Shown: positions 16,982 to 25,523, counted from the first letter of the stretch. The stretch: 25,523 nucleotides of DNA from an archaeon (GCA_036385775.1 DASVJT010000144.1:1-25523); one strand, 5' to 3'. The notes: generated from the letters alone by a model not told the origin. Made by a program: numbers and translations.

Positions 16982-17632
16982 TTATGATTTTAATAACCTG
17001 ACGTACTCAACAGGGGCGCTAGAGGGGCTAGTAGGGTCTTTTATCACGTCCAGACTCACCAATGTGAAGCTTGTTTCATCCAGAAGTTCGCTGACCGATC
17101 GAAAGCTAACGGGGGGAAGCTTCCCACGCCACGCGAAGATGTTGCGGCATAAAAACTGGAACATGCGAAATCCTCCAAGAAGCGGTAAATTTGGGTTTGC
17201 AATTATAACGCGCCCCGAGGGCTTTAAAATCCGCTGACTTTCTTTCAGCACTTGCACTTTATCATCCACGCATGGTATGACGAACCCTGAAAAAATAGTG
17301 TCAAACGATTCATCGGCGAAACTCGTGTTTTGCCAGTTTTCATTCTTGAACTCGACGTTATCGAAACCCGCTAACTCGGTTTGTGCGACGTGCAGCATAT
17401 CATCTGAAAAGTCGGTTGCAACCACATGTTCCGCTTGACCGGCGAGTGTTTTCGTGAAGTAGCCGGTGCCACACCCGAATTCTACGACCGTCCCCAAGTG
17501 ACCTTCATGCCTTAACTTTTCATTGATTAACGGGCGGATATTACGACCTAGTGCGCTATCGACTGATTTATCGTAGCTTTGTGACGATTCAGACCAATAA
17601 TCCACTTTGTTCTTCGCCATTTTGTCCCCCAA
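16982..17632 (-). CDS. Class I SAM-dependent methyltransferase
   Basis: Motif I VVEFGCGTGYFT, VATDFSDDML, FADESFDTI, LKPSGRVII. Confidence 0.92.
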   Translation of the reverse strand: MGDKMAKNKVDYWSESSQSYDKSVDSALGRNIRPLINEKLRHEGHLGTVVEFGCGTGYFTKTLAGQAEHVVATDFSDDMLHVAQTELAGFDNVEFKNENWQNTSFADESFDTIFSGFVIPCVDDKVQVLKESQRILKPSGRVIIANPNLPLLGGFRMFQFLCRNIFAWRGKLPPVSFRSVSELLDETSFTLVSLDVIKDPTSPSSAPVEYVRLLKS

Positions 17633-17694
17633 CGGTTATTGATTCGTTACTCATCGTTCGCCCGCTAATAAACACTTCCTATAGCGAACTTTAG

Positions 17695-17829
17695 TGCCAG
17701 TGGGGGATACATCATCACGACGAGCCCGATCGCAATGGGGAGCGAGGTCGTGCCGACCTGCAAGCTGCTAAGCACGGCAGGGATGCCGGGGATGCGGTAA
17801 CCGAGAAGCACCCCTGTGACCAGCGCTAG
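17695..17829 (-). pseudogene. ACR3 arsenite efflux permease N-terminal fragment
   Basis: LALVTGVLLGYRIPGIPAVLSSLQVGTTSLPIAIGLVVMMYPPLA; PIAIGL..MMYPPLA is the ACR3 signature. The rest of the gene is absent. Confidence 0.8.
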
Positions 17830-17951
17830 GTATTTTTAGCAAAGGAACATTTTAGAGACGGCTATCGTCCTCGCAATTCGTCTCACCACTACCCTATATA
17901 AAAAAAGGTTATTAGCAAGTATGACCGATAACAAGCCAAGCTGTTTGTCAC

Positions 17952-18296
17952 ATGTTCGAGAACATCGTCAATTGGGTCGCCGTTGTCAACTGGATTGTCA
18001 CCTTCTTCGAGCTCGTAGGCGCTCTTCTCATTTTCTACGGAAGCGCCCGCGTCGCGTTGGAACTCGTGACGAACGCTTTTCGTCGAAAAGCCCCAAATTA
18101 TACGGCTATTCGATTGGACTACACGCCCAAAATCCTTCTCGCTTTGGATATTTTTGTTGCGAATGACCTTGTGAGGACCGTACTCACCCCCACGTTGGAT
18201 CAGGCTATTATTCTCGCATTCGTCGTAGGCATCCGAACAGTAGTAGGAATTTCCCTCAATATGGAGCTGAGGAGCTCAACAAATAAGGAAAATTGA
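17952..18296 (+). CDS. DUF1622 domain membrane protein
   Basis: YTAIRLD...ILLALDIFVANDLVRTVLTPTLDQAIILAFVVGIRTVVGISLNMEL. Confidence 0.85.
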   Translation: MFENIVNWVAVVNWIVTFFELVGALLIFYGSARVALELVTNAFRRKAPNYTAIRLDYTPKILLALDIFVANDLVRTVLTPTLDQAIILAFVVGIRTVVGISLNMELRSSTNKEN

Positions 18297-18422
18297 AAGT
18301 TGGAAAAAGGCCTAGATAGCCTGGTGTTGTTAATAGGGGGGGCTGCATAACGAGCCTGATCGATTACGCGTTGTTGTTGGTCAGATGCAACCAAATGCAA
18401 CTTGCGGTTTCGCTTATGCATC

Positions 18423-19064
18423 CTACTTCTCGCTCTCCGCAGGAGCGGAAGTGGCGGGAACATCAGTTGCCGACTGTGACTGGGCAAAACCATCTCCCAA
18501 ATGACCGATAGAAGTGACTTCTGCCTCCAGTTGTTGCAGCGAGATGCCGTTTTTCTCCAGGAGGTGGATCAGCATACGAGTATGGCGCAGCAGTTCTGTA
18601 TCTTGGACTGAGAGATGTTGCATAATATGTTCAACATCTTTATAGCTGCTCATCGTCGTATTGAACTGCTCCTCTGCCTGAAGTTCCGACTTTCTTCCGA
18701 GCACATTCTGTCCTACCATGATAATCGGTAGTAAGGTCAGCTGTAGGAATGTTTGTGAAATCCATACAACTAGTAATGCGACGATGGGACTGAGCAAGCC
18801 AAGAATGGCCATCAATCCAACGACGGCAAGCGCCATAAACGTATACGCCGTCCACATTGTACCAGCGCTTTTAGTAAGCGTAACAGCAATCTTTGTATTA
18901 ATGCCAGCCGCCTTTTGCTCTGCTTCGTGAAGCAGATTGACATTGCGTGGCTGGTACGGATGATGTTCGTGATCAAACAACGCGCTGGTATGGTGATGTG
19001 GGTGCGCCTGTGTCTGTGGCACAATCTCTGTTTTGATAGAGTCCGAGGTGGTCTCTCCTTGCAT
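18423..19064 (-). CDS. DUF1003-like membrane protein with His-rich N-terminus
   Basis: INTKIAVTLTKSAGTMWTAYTF...WISQTFLQLTLLPIIMVGQN...AEEQF; N-terminal HPHHHTSALFDHEHH. Confidence 0.75.
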   Translation of the reverse strand: MQGETTSDSIKTEIVPQTQAHPHHHTSALFDHEHHPYQPRNVNLLHEAEQKAAGINTKIAVTLTKSAGTMWTAYTFMALAVVGLMAILGLLSPIVALLVVWISQTFLQLTLLPIIMVGQNVLGRKSELQAEEQFNTTMSSYKDVEHIMQHLSVQDTELLRHTRMLIHLLEKNGISLQQLEAEVTSIGHLGDGFAQSQSATDVPATSAPAESEK

Positions 19065-19120
19065 ACTAATTACCCTCCGATTGCTAAAATTTACCTATGT
19101 GTTCGATTATATCTCCTACT

Positions 19121-19531
19121 TTAATACGAAGCGCCGTTAAACGGTGGGGGGTCACAGCGCACGCACGGCTTCAAACCAGCGGCGCACGCTTCTATATGGG
19201 TATTGAACGTAACGAGGTTTTCCGCGTCAATATTTGCAACTTCAAAACATCCCGGGTAGTGATATCTCTTTGCCAATGATTTTGAACTCGCATAGTATGG
19301 GCCGCCGTAGGATTGACGCCTGGACAACTGATTCGCAGTCAGAGCTGAGTGCTTAAGCGTTTTAATCGGCGGATTACTCGCTACGTGCGTCGTGGATGTT
19401 GTCGATTGCACGACGTTGTTCGACAAGCTCCGCGCTGATACGTTGGGACTCGACGCGTTGATCGACAGACTCCCGGCGGTAATAATAGCTGCACACACTA
19501 GGACGATACAGATTGCGGCCAATTTTTTCAT
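19121..19531 (-). CDS. Secreted protein with C-terminal Ada-type metal-binding domain
   Basis: MKKLAAICIVLVCAAIITAG signal; YYASSKS..RYHYPGC.....I...N.V.F.T..EA.AAGLKPCVRCDP. Confidence 0.82.
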   Translation of the reverse strand: MKKLAAICIVLVCAAIITAGSLSINASSPNVSARSLSNNVVQSTTSTTHVASNPPIKTLKHSALTANQLSRRQSYGGPYYASSKSLAKRYHYPGCFEVANIDAENLVTFNTHIEACAAGLKPCVRCDPPPFNGASY

Positions 19532-20244
19532 CGGTTTGACCTCGCAACGTTGGGATCTTGCACAAACAATGATTTCAAAGAAGATGACACTCTTCAAACA
19601 GGCTTATAGTCAACGGAATGAACTGATCAGAGTTAACAAAATATGCGCTCTTACGCTCCATCGAAGCAGCCTTCAATTCTCTGATTTAAAAAAAACGCGA
19701 AAGCTGTAGGACACTTTATGTCACTTCGCAAGACCAGTTAATCATAACGGATTTCTCTCCACTCGCTATCTCCTCTCCAATCCGTTGATTTACAGCGAGG
19801 ACACCGCACAAATGCATTTACTTTGAACTTACCGCCGCACTTACAAACTCCTGCAAGTTGTTCGGCCTATTCTTTATCATCAGGAGATAGACCGTGATCG
19901 ATCAACGAAATCCAGTGCTCCTTACTACATCGGTCGCAATGAAAAACCAAGTATTATCTTCGAGGGACCACTTCTTACGAGAAATTTCGTTTCACAGGAA
20001 TTGGATATCGCGCCATATTCAGAACCCATCTGACATCTCCTGTCACTTTGAATATTATTTTACGCCTCTTAGAAATTGACATCGCCTTTTCATATTGTCT
20101 GCATTTGTAGGGGGGTTCATCGAAATAGCGAATAGATAATGAGTAGGAGTCTCACTAAGGTTACGCATCCTCGTGACGGCAGCGCCCGCGTAACCTACCC
20201 CCTCAGTTCATATTTCTTCGGTGTCGATCTAGTGCGAACTCCCC

Positions 20245-20643
20245 TTATTTGCTCGCCGGCACGGGACAATAACGCAGTTCACTGATGATCTTCGATTGCT
20301 GGCTCATAAGATCTGCCAGGTCGAATATTCCGGTAACATCGACAACGCCGATGGCAGCTATTGCCGAACCTGTGCTATCCTGGATAGGGGCAACTATCAC
20401 TGGTACGCTTTTGTATTCTCCCGCTAGCGGTTGCGTCCTTATCACGATGTTCTCGGCAAGAACTTGTTCGAGTATGGGGCCCGTATAGTTCCTACTTTTC
20501 ACCTTGCCGTCTTCAATTTGAACGCCACGATGATTCTGGCTTCGTATCGTGACGGGCAGGCCGCCTAATATGGCGTGAACTGCCATCGCGAGCGGGATTA
20601 AATCGCTGCTCGCGGAGTCTGATGAAAGTTCATATCGTTCCAT
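20245..20643 (-). CDS. DUF2111 domain protein
   Basis: LPVTIRS...GVQIEDGKV...YTGPILEQVL...GEYKSVPVIVAPI...AIAAIGVVD; GAGGGG RBS. Confidence 0.85.
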   Translation of the reverse strand: MERYELSSDSASSDLIPLAMAVHAILGGLPVTIRSQNHRGVQIEDGKVKSRNYTGPILEQVLAENIVIRTQPLAGEYKSVPVIVAPIQDSTGSAIAAIGVVDVTGIFDLADLMSQQSKIISELRYCPVPASK

Positions 20644-20684
20644 TTCTTGTACATCCCCCTCTCAGTCTTCGCCTACGCAAACGG

Positions 20685-21154
20685 CTATTTTTCACCTTTG
20701 ACTTCCTTGCCCTTGTAATACTCGGCTTTCTTCCGCTCTGCTGCGCCCGGCGGGATCCCCCCGAGCTGTTGCACGACGTCGAGGCTATCAAAGACGCGCC
20801 AGCGCTCAACGATTTTACCGTCGACAAGCACGTTGAAGCTCATCATATCTTCTTTTACCTGTTTGCCGGTCGCTGGGATACCCATAAACTCACCACCGTG
20901 TGTTCCGCGCAGCTTCCAGCGTTCTGCGACGATATCCTTCTCGGCGATCATCGACTCGATGGTGAAGCTGGCGTCGGGCAAGCCGGTGCGGAGTGCCCGA
21001 AGCGCTGCTTGAATCTTTCGACGCCGGGTGCTTGTCCTTCGATCGGCATATGATCGACCGCGCTGGCGGCTAACACGCCGTCAAACGCGTTCAGGTCTCC
21101 CGTGTTGAACGCATCAAAAAGCCGGCGAATGACCTTCTTATTATCTAGTGACAT
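20685..21154 (-). pseudogene. SnoaL-like ester cyclase, frameshifted at the G run (C 20996-20998 on +)
   Basis: MSLDNKKVIRRLFDAFNTGDL... then (A)LRTGLPDASFTIESMIAEKDIVAERWKLRGTHGGEFMGIPATGK...GKIVERW; one extra G restores the frame. Confidence 0.88.
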
Positions 21155-21365
21155 AGCGTATTTATTGTTCTACGTCACGTTTAAAGCAGTTGCCCATCGC
21201 TTCGCGACAACGAAGGGAAAAAAGGAGCAGATAGCGTTTTCCGTTTAGCCTATCTTCATCTTCCCCCCAATTATTTCTTTTTTCGATTTTAAGGCATTGA
21301 AGGGCTCAGCTTCAGACTTGCACCGAACATACCTTTATCGTGTCTACAACTGACCGTGTGTGTGT

Positions 21366-21944
21366 ATGATTGACTTCAATTCGGTCTACCAAGGTGACGC
21401 GCCTTGGGACGTCAACCATCCACGGAAAGAGTTCGTACGGCTAGAGGAGGCGGGAGAAATCGTCGGATCCGTCCTCGACGTTGGATGCGGAACCGGAGAG
21501 AATGCGCTGTTTCTTGCGGCACGAGGACACGAGGTGTGGGGCATTGACTTCACCTCCAATGCGATCAAAAAAGCACGAGACAAAGCGATAGAACGTAATC
21601 TCAACGTTACATTTCTCATGCAGAACGCGCTCGATCTGCACACCCTTGATAGGGTATTTGATACCGTCATCGACTCAGGATTATTTCACGTGTTTAGCGA
21701 CGAAGAACGTCCCCTCTTTGTGACGAGTCTTGCGAGCGTTCTACGCCGCCATGGAACCTACTTTATGCTTTGTTTCAGCGAACTGGAGCCTGGCTCATAC
21801 GGTCCGCGGCGGGTTACGCAGGACGAGATCAGGAATGCTTTCAGTAGCTCATGGCACATCAATTACATTCGACAGGCACGCATGGAAAGTCGACGATTGA
21901 CCGAAGGTATCCAAGCGTGGCTCTCGTCCATCTCGAAAGAGTAA
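21366..21944 (+). CDS. Class I SAM-dependent methyltransferase
   Basis: APWDV..P, VLDVGCGTGENALFLA, GIDF, FDTVIDSGLFHVF. Confidence 0.92.
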   Translation: MIDFNSVYQGDAPWDVNHPRKEFVRLEEAGEIVGSVLDVGCGTGENALFLAARGHEVWGIDFTSNAIKKARDKAIERNLNVTFLMQNALDLHTLDRVFDTVIDSGLFHVFSDEERPLFVTSLASVLRRHGTYFMLCFSELEPGSYGPRRVTQDEIRNAFSSSWHINYIRQARMESRRLTEGIQAWLSSISKE

Positions 21945-22131
21945 ATTGCTAACAATTGCAGACCAGTCTGAAAGAGTGGAGCGGTCATCAACCGGACACA
22001 AGAGAAAGACTTAGTGCGTTCCTATAAGCTATCCTTTATCTCCTAGCTCGTTTATTCTTTTTTCTATTAAAAGGGCGTGACGTGCTGGGATTTATGACCG
22101 GCGCAAAAGAAAAAAGGAAAAAAAGTAGGTC

Positions 22132-22657
22132 TCAGCCTAATCCGGTTGACGTGGTTACCAGTGTGACACAAAGTAGTTTGTCGTATCCCGAGTGTTATAT
22201 GCCACTTAACCGTTGTTCGAGTTCGACCCAATCCACGATGTGCTGTTTGTGTGCACAGGGATGCAGCCTCGCTGCTGAGCATCAGTTGTGGCCGCCATAA
22301 ACGCGCTTGTGGTTCCTGCTGACGATTTGGCGAGTTCGACGCGGCGCCATACACGTATTTGCCGTTGGTTAACGTTCCTGTATACTAGTCGTTCCCTGTT
22401 GTGTTGCTCGCGCTCTTATTGAAGGGAATAATTACACTGTAGCCCTGACCTTGCATGTAACTCGTGAAGAACGAGCTCAGATCCGTTGAATTCAGGAGCG
22501 CCGTGGGCGCGATGGGTTTTACAGAAGCTGCCGTCATATTAGCAGTCACGGTCGCATTGACCCAAACTTGATGAGAGATCAATGATTTGCCCGACGAAGA
22601 TTTGGGTGGGATAATGATCAGTACAAGCGCGAGGAGCGTTTGGAGCGTCGCCCCCAT
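22132..22657 (-). pseudogene. Decayed paralog of the 12623-13306 surface lipoprotein core
   Basis: FFTSYMQGQGYSVIIPFNKS...ND*YTGTLTNGKY, a shift, then AFMAATTDAQQRGCIPVHTNSTSWIG..NNG*. Aligns by eye with YLGTTMQQLNF..PF...YNGT...GQGY..VQQNATAWSG. Long T tract after the end. Confidence 0.6.
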
Positions 22658-22667
22658 AAAGGGGCGG

Positions 22668-23378
22668 TCAGCCGCCGATTAGCAATCCTATCAGGACACC
22701 CGCGATAGCTGCAGCAGTTGCGATGGCTATGGTCTCCAGTACCGTCCTTCCCATCGGGCGTTTGCCAATCTTTGCCCTGTAGATACCGAGCAGGATCAGG
22801 AGAGTAGCGGTACCGATGATACAGGCTATCCGGGCATCGGCAAACGGCAGAAATACGAAAGGTATCACTGGGGTTAATCCGGCCGCAAAATCCGTGATCC
22901 CCATCCAGCCGGCCTGCACGAGCATGGAGCTTTTCTGGGAGGCGGGGGCCTCCTCACAGGCGACCGCGTCCTCGAATGTGCGGATCGCCAGGGGGTTAGC
23001 CTGTATATCAGTCCGGATCGTATCGAGGCTTTTACTGCTCAGGCCTGTTCCCTGCAGCACGCCCATCAGCTCGTTCACTGCATGGTCAGGATCACGACGG
23101 ATCTCGGTTTCCCGCTGCTCTGCCTCCACCCGGGCTTCGTCTCTCTCGGACTCGAGATCGAGGTAAAGCCCCGCCATCATCGAGACCGACGCCGCAATGG
23201 CGCCCGTAGCGCCTGCAAGAAACACGGCACTTCCGGACTGGGCACCTACTGCGACGCCGAGCACGAGCCCGAAAATCGAGACAGCACCATCCTCCATGCC
23301 GTATACGACGTCCCCCGCAGAGCCGCGGAGTGATTCCTTAATCCGGTTGAGGAATGACGGGCTGGTTGCTTCGCTCAT
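22668..23378 (-). CDS. VIT1/CCC1 family metal transporter (start ATG 23378 or 23399)
   Basis: DVVYGMEDGAVSIFGLVLGV...GAIAASVSMMAGLYL..ESE and AAGLTPVIPF. Confidence 0.9.
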   Translation of the reverse strand: MSEATSPSFLNRIKESLRGSAGDVVYGMEDGAVSIFGLVLGVAVGAQSGSAVFLAGATGAIAASVSMMAGLYLDLESERDEARVEAEQRETEIRRDPDHAVNELMGVLQGTGLSSKSLDTIRTDIQANPLAIRTFEDAVACEEAPASQKSSMLVQAGWMGITDFAAGLTPVIPFVFLPFADARIACIIGTATLLILLGIYRAKIGKRPMGRTVLETIAIATAAAIAGVLIGLLIGG

Positions 23379-23948
23379 GCCCGGATCAACCTCACACATA
23401 TCAAAATCATAGAGTATACAAAGGGATCCAAGGAATATAAAAGAATTGGAAATGAATTGGGGGTTGCTTCTTCAATTCCAGTTTCTCAACATGGTGGATC
23501 AGCCGGTGTTTGTTTACATATCCCCTGTTCACGGTCCGCCCATCACCGGGTGTGACATTTCTGCACACAAACGAGGCATTCCACCAGTTCTGCCTTCAAA
23601 ATTGACCTGTTTCGTCAGGTGCTCTTCTTTGTCATAATTCTGTGTTCCGGGCGGGCAGACCGATACCGGTATGAATTTGGATATAACAGGCCGGACAGGT
23701 GGTTTATGAAACGACGGGTGGCAACATCCCCAATTGCCGCACCAGCTTCGGACATGGCCCCAAAGCAACCTGTGGGATGCCGCCTTCAGTGGATTGAATT
23801 CAGGATGGCATCCACTGCTCAGGATCCTTGCGCCCTTGGCGTTGTCCTGAGACGGGGGAATGACGTCGAAATCCCCGCATGTCTGACCTGTTTCGGGAGA
23901 AAAACAAAAGATTAATCCTTCAGGAATTAACAGCTGAGATAGCTTTTC

Positions 23949-24638
23949 ATGAAAAAGGAATATCCGGAAGGTGAGGCGATACACCTTGCCAAAAGTCGGT
24001 ATCCGGAAGGTGAGGAGATGCACCTTACCAAGAGCCGGCTGGAAGCCCTGACGGATGGGATCTTTGCCTTCTCGATGACATTGCTTGTTGTAGGCATCAA
24101 CATACCGGAGAAGGCGGCCCTGGTCCAGTCGACAGGCTTCGTCACGAACCTTCTCTTCTCGCTGTGGTCTGATTTTTTCCATTATATGCTGGCCTTCCTG
24201 ATCCTTGGGGCATTCTGGCTTAGCCACCATGTCGAACTCCATCCTGTGAGTCGTCTGAACCGGACGTATGTCTGGCTCAATATGGGGACCCTCATGTTCG
24301 TTGCCCTCCTTCCTTTCTCCACCTCCTTTTCGGGTGATTTTCCTAGTGTCCCCCTCGGTCAGATCGTATTCGAGCTGAACCTTTTTGCACTCGGGATGGG
24401 GATGTTCCTGCAATGGAAGTACGCCACTGGGAAAGACCGCCTGGTTGAACCGGGTATGGCCCCTGGTTTTGTCCGGCAGGTGGGCGCCCGTTCCCTGGTC
24501 GTCCCCTTAGTCTCCCTCCTCGCGGTCCTTATCGCCCTGACGGGGAAGACGTGGAGCACGGCGGTTTACCTGCTCCTTCCACCGATCGAGTATATAGTCG
24601 TCCGCTGGGTGAGAAGGCAGGCAGAACCTTCCGAATGA
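23949..24638 (+). CDS. TMEM175 (DUF1211) family channel protein
   Basis: SRLEALTDGIFAFSMTLL signature; W..HH; VALLPFST. Confidence 0.9.
   Translation: MKKEYPEGEAIHLAKSRYPEGEEMHLTKSRLEALTDGIFAFSMTLLVVGINIPEKAALVQSTGFVTNLLFSLWSDFFHYMLAFLILGAFWLSHHVELHPVSRLNRTYVWLNMGTLMFVALLPFSTSFSGDFPSVPLGQIVFELNLFALGMGMFLQWKYATGKDRLVEPGMAPGFVRQVGARSLVVPLVSLLAVLIALTGKTWSTAVYLLLPPIEYIVVRWVRRQAEPSE
23961..24038 (+). repeat. 39-bp tandem duplication (2 copies) in the TMEM175 N-terminus
   Basis: TATCCGGAAGGTGAGGCGATACACCTTGCCAAAAGTCGG / TATCCGGAAGGTGAGGAGATGCACCTTACCAAGAGCCGG. Confidence 0.9.
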
Positions 24639-24977
24639 ATTATCGTTTATCCCTATCATTCCCGCCTGTGCATCTACCCGTCTAAACACGGCTACGGGAT
24701 CGTGTCGCGTCGTGCATTCCCAGAGGTTTCTTCTCACTTCGAGTACAGGCGTACCGTCAGCGTCGGATTCCATTGCACAATCAAAAAGAACTGCGCGGCC
24801 CCTGCCTGAATTATGCACGACAAATAAGAGCATCTCATCCACGGCTACAGCAGGGAGCTACATAAGGTGGAGTCCTCGCGACCGGCGAAATCATAGGAGT
24901 GGAGTAGACAACTGAGTAGACGACTGAGAAATCGAAAAAGTGCGCTGCGTGACTTGATCAGAAAAAGAACGATTGCA

Positions 24978-25017
24978 TCGGCCGGATTCGGACCGGCGAC
25001 CTCCGCCATGTCAAGGC
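24978..25017 (-). mobile_element. 3' half of tRNA-Val(GAC), putative attR
   Basis: Minus strand GCC-TT GAC AT-GGCGG AGGTC GCCGG-TCCGAAT-CCGGC CGA gives the anticodon loop, variable loop and full T-arm (one T>C change). No 5' half. Confidence 0.85.
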
Positions 25018-25259
25018 CCCATATACGCGTCAGTGTCTAAATTTCTTTTATAACCATTTAAGCCCTTAGGCACAACTAACTGACTATTTAACTCATTAGG
25101 CACGACTAAAAACGCGAGTGCGCCATTATACGTCGTTTTGTAGATCGTAGCGGCTGAACCCGCTAGTCGGCGAAACTCGCGCGGCAATCTTATAATAGGA
25201 TGCGCGTGCGATGGCTTCGAACTTTGAACGCATATTTTGTGCGTGCAAATCGGTTGCAT
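25011..25259 (-). CDS. att-adjacent small basic protein (PIIRLP family; possible swapped-hairpin DNA binder)
   Basis: MQPICTHKICVQSSKPSHAHPIIRLPREFRRLAGSAATIYKTTYNGALAFLVV...; its TGA lies in the tRNA fragment's anticodon loop. Confidence 0.8.
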   Translation of the reverse strand: MQPICTHKICVQSSKPSHAHPIIRLPREFRRLAGSAATIYKTTYNGALAFLVVPNELNSQLVVPKGLNGYKRNLDTDAYMGP

Positions 25260-25408
25260 AAACTATAGCATGTTGTTATGTTCATAAAAACGAGCGACGA
25301 TAGTGAAATAGCAAAAATGAAATAGTAAAAAAACTACGCTAGATGAGTCGTATGTAGAAACCGTTGCGTTTCACACCTATATAACAACGATATAATCGTG
25401 AGGAAAAA

Positions 25409-25519
25409 ATGACAGATACAATATGCGATACCTGTGAGCTGTATTTATACCACTGTCGTGGATGGATGAAGAGAGAACGGGGCTGTGACCTTTATGAAAT
25501 GAAAAAAGGAGGCGAATAG
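25409..25519 (+). CDS. 36-aa Cys-rich micro-protein
   Basis: TATATAA at ~25378-25384 and GAGGA RBS; MTDTICDTCELYLYHCRGWMKRERGCDLYEMKKGGE; its 3' end carries AAGGAGG for a next gene outside the window. Confidence 0.6.
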   Translation: MTDTICDTCELYLYHCRGWMKRERGCDLYEMKKGGE

Positions 25520-25523
25520 ATCC

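Noticed and set aside
19894-20079. 61-aa + ORF, and an opposite-strand stop-interrupted frame with CDRC
   Set aside because: Neither has RBS support or a recognisable family.
406-22387. Amber (pyrrolysine) read-through of the in-frame TAGs at 406, 9665 and 22385
   Set aside because: The GH47 TAG replaces a catalytic Glu, and the other two genes also carry frameshifts or TAA stops, so ordinary nonsense mutation explains them.
23619-23915. 98-aa ORF with several Cys upstream of TMEM175
   Set aside because: No clear RBS or family motif, and it overlaps a shadow ORF; too weak to call.
23529-24413. 294-aa minus-strand ORF
   Set aside because: It is antisense to TMEM175, has no recognisable motifs, and is an expected shadow ORF in GC-rich DNA.
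24507-24915. ORFs 24507-24842 (-) and 24712-24915 (+) as an integrase or other gene next to attR
   Set aside because: No tyrosine recombinase motifs; the first overlaps the TMEM175 3' end.

Overview
Archaeal DNA, probably a Halobacteriota/Methanomicrobia-related lineage (inferred from TBP, DUF2111, TrmB-type regulators, GGAGGTGA-type RBS and AGC lipobox lipoproteins). After the 3' half of a TBP gene (2-238), the window reads as a decaying accessory region rather than core genome. It holds many pseudogenes, unannotated micro-ORFs, lipoproteins, small transport and methyltransferase genes, and remnants of a tyrosine integrase, a possible terminase, ACR3 and GH47. The main structure not shown in the ORF track is on the minus strand: two homologous small genes (PIIRLP...IY.T...ALAFLV family, ~16511-16720 and 25011-25259) each run directly into a partial tRNA-Val copy (CAC anticodon arm at 16511-16527; GAC 3' half at 24978-25017). 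This suggests tandem accretion of related integrative elements at a tRNA-Val. Also found: a three-copy ~65-80 bp dispersed repeat, a three-member C-x4-H-x2-C-x7/9-C-x2-C micro-protein family (one copy upstream of a TrmB pair), and a recurring 3' motif TTTTTCGATTT. No CRISPR array, rRNA or intact tRNA was seen. Family names come from motif recognition by eye; no database search was run.
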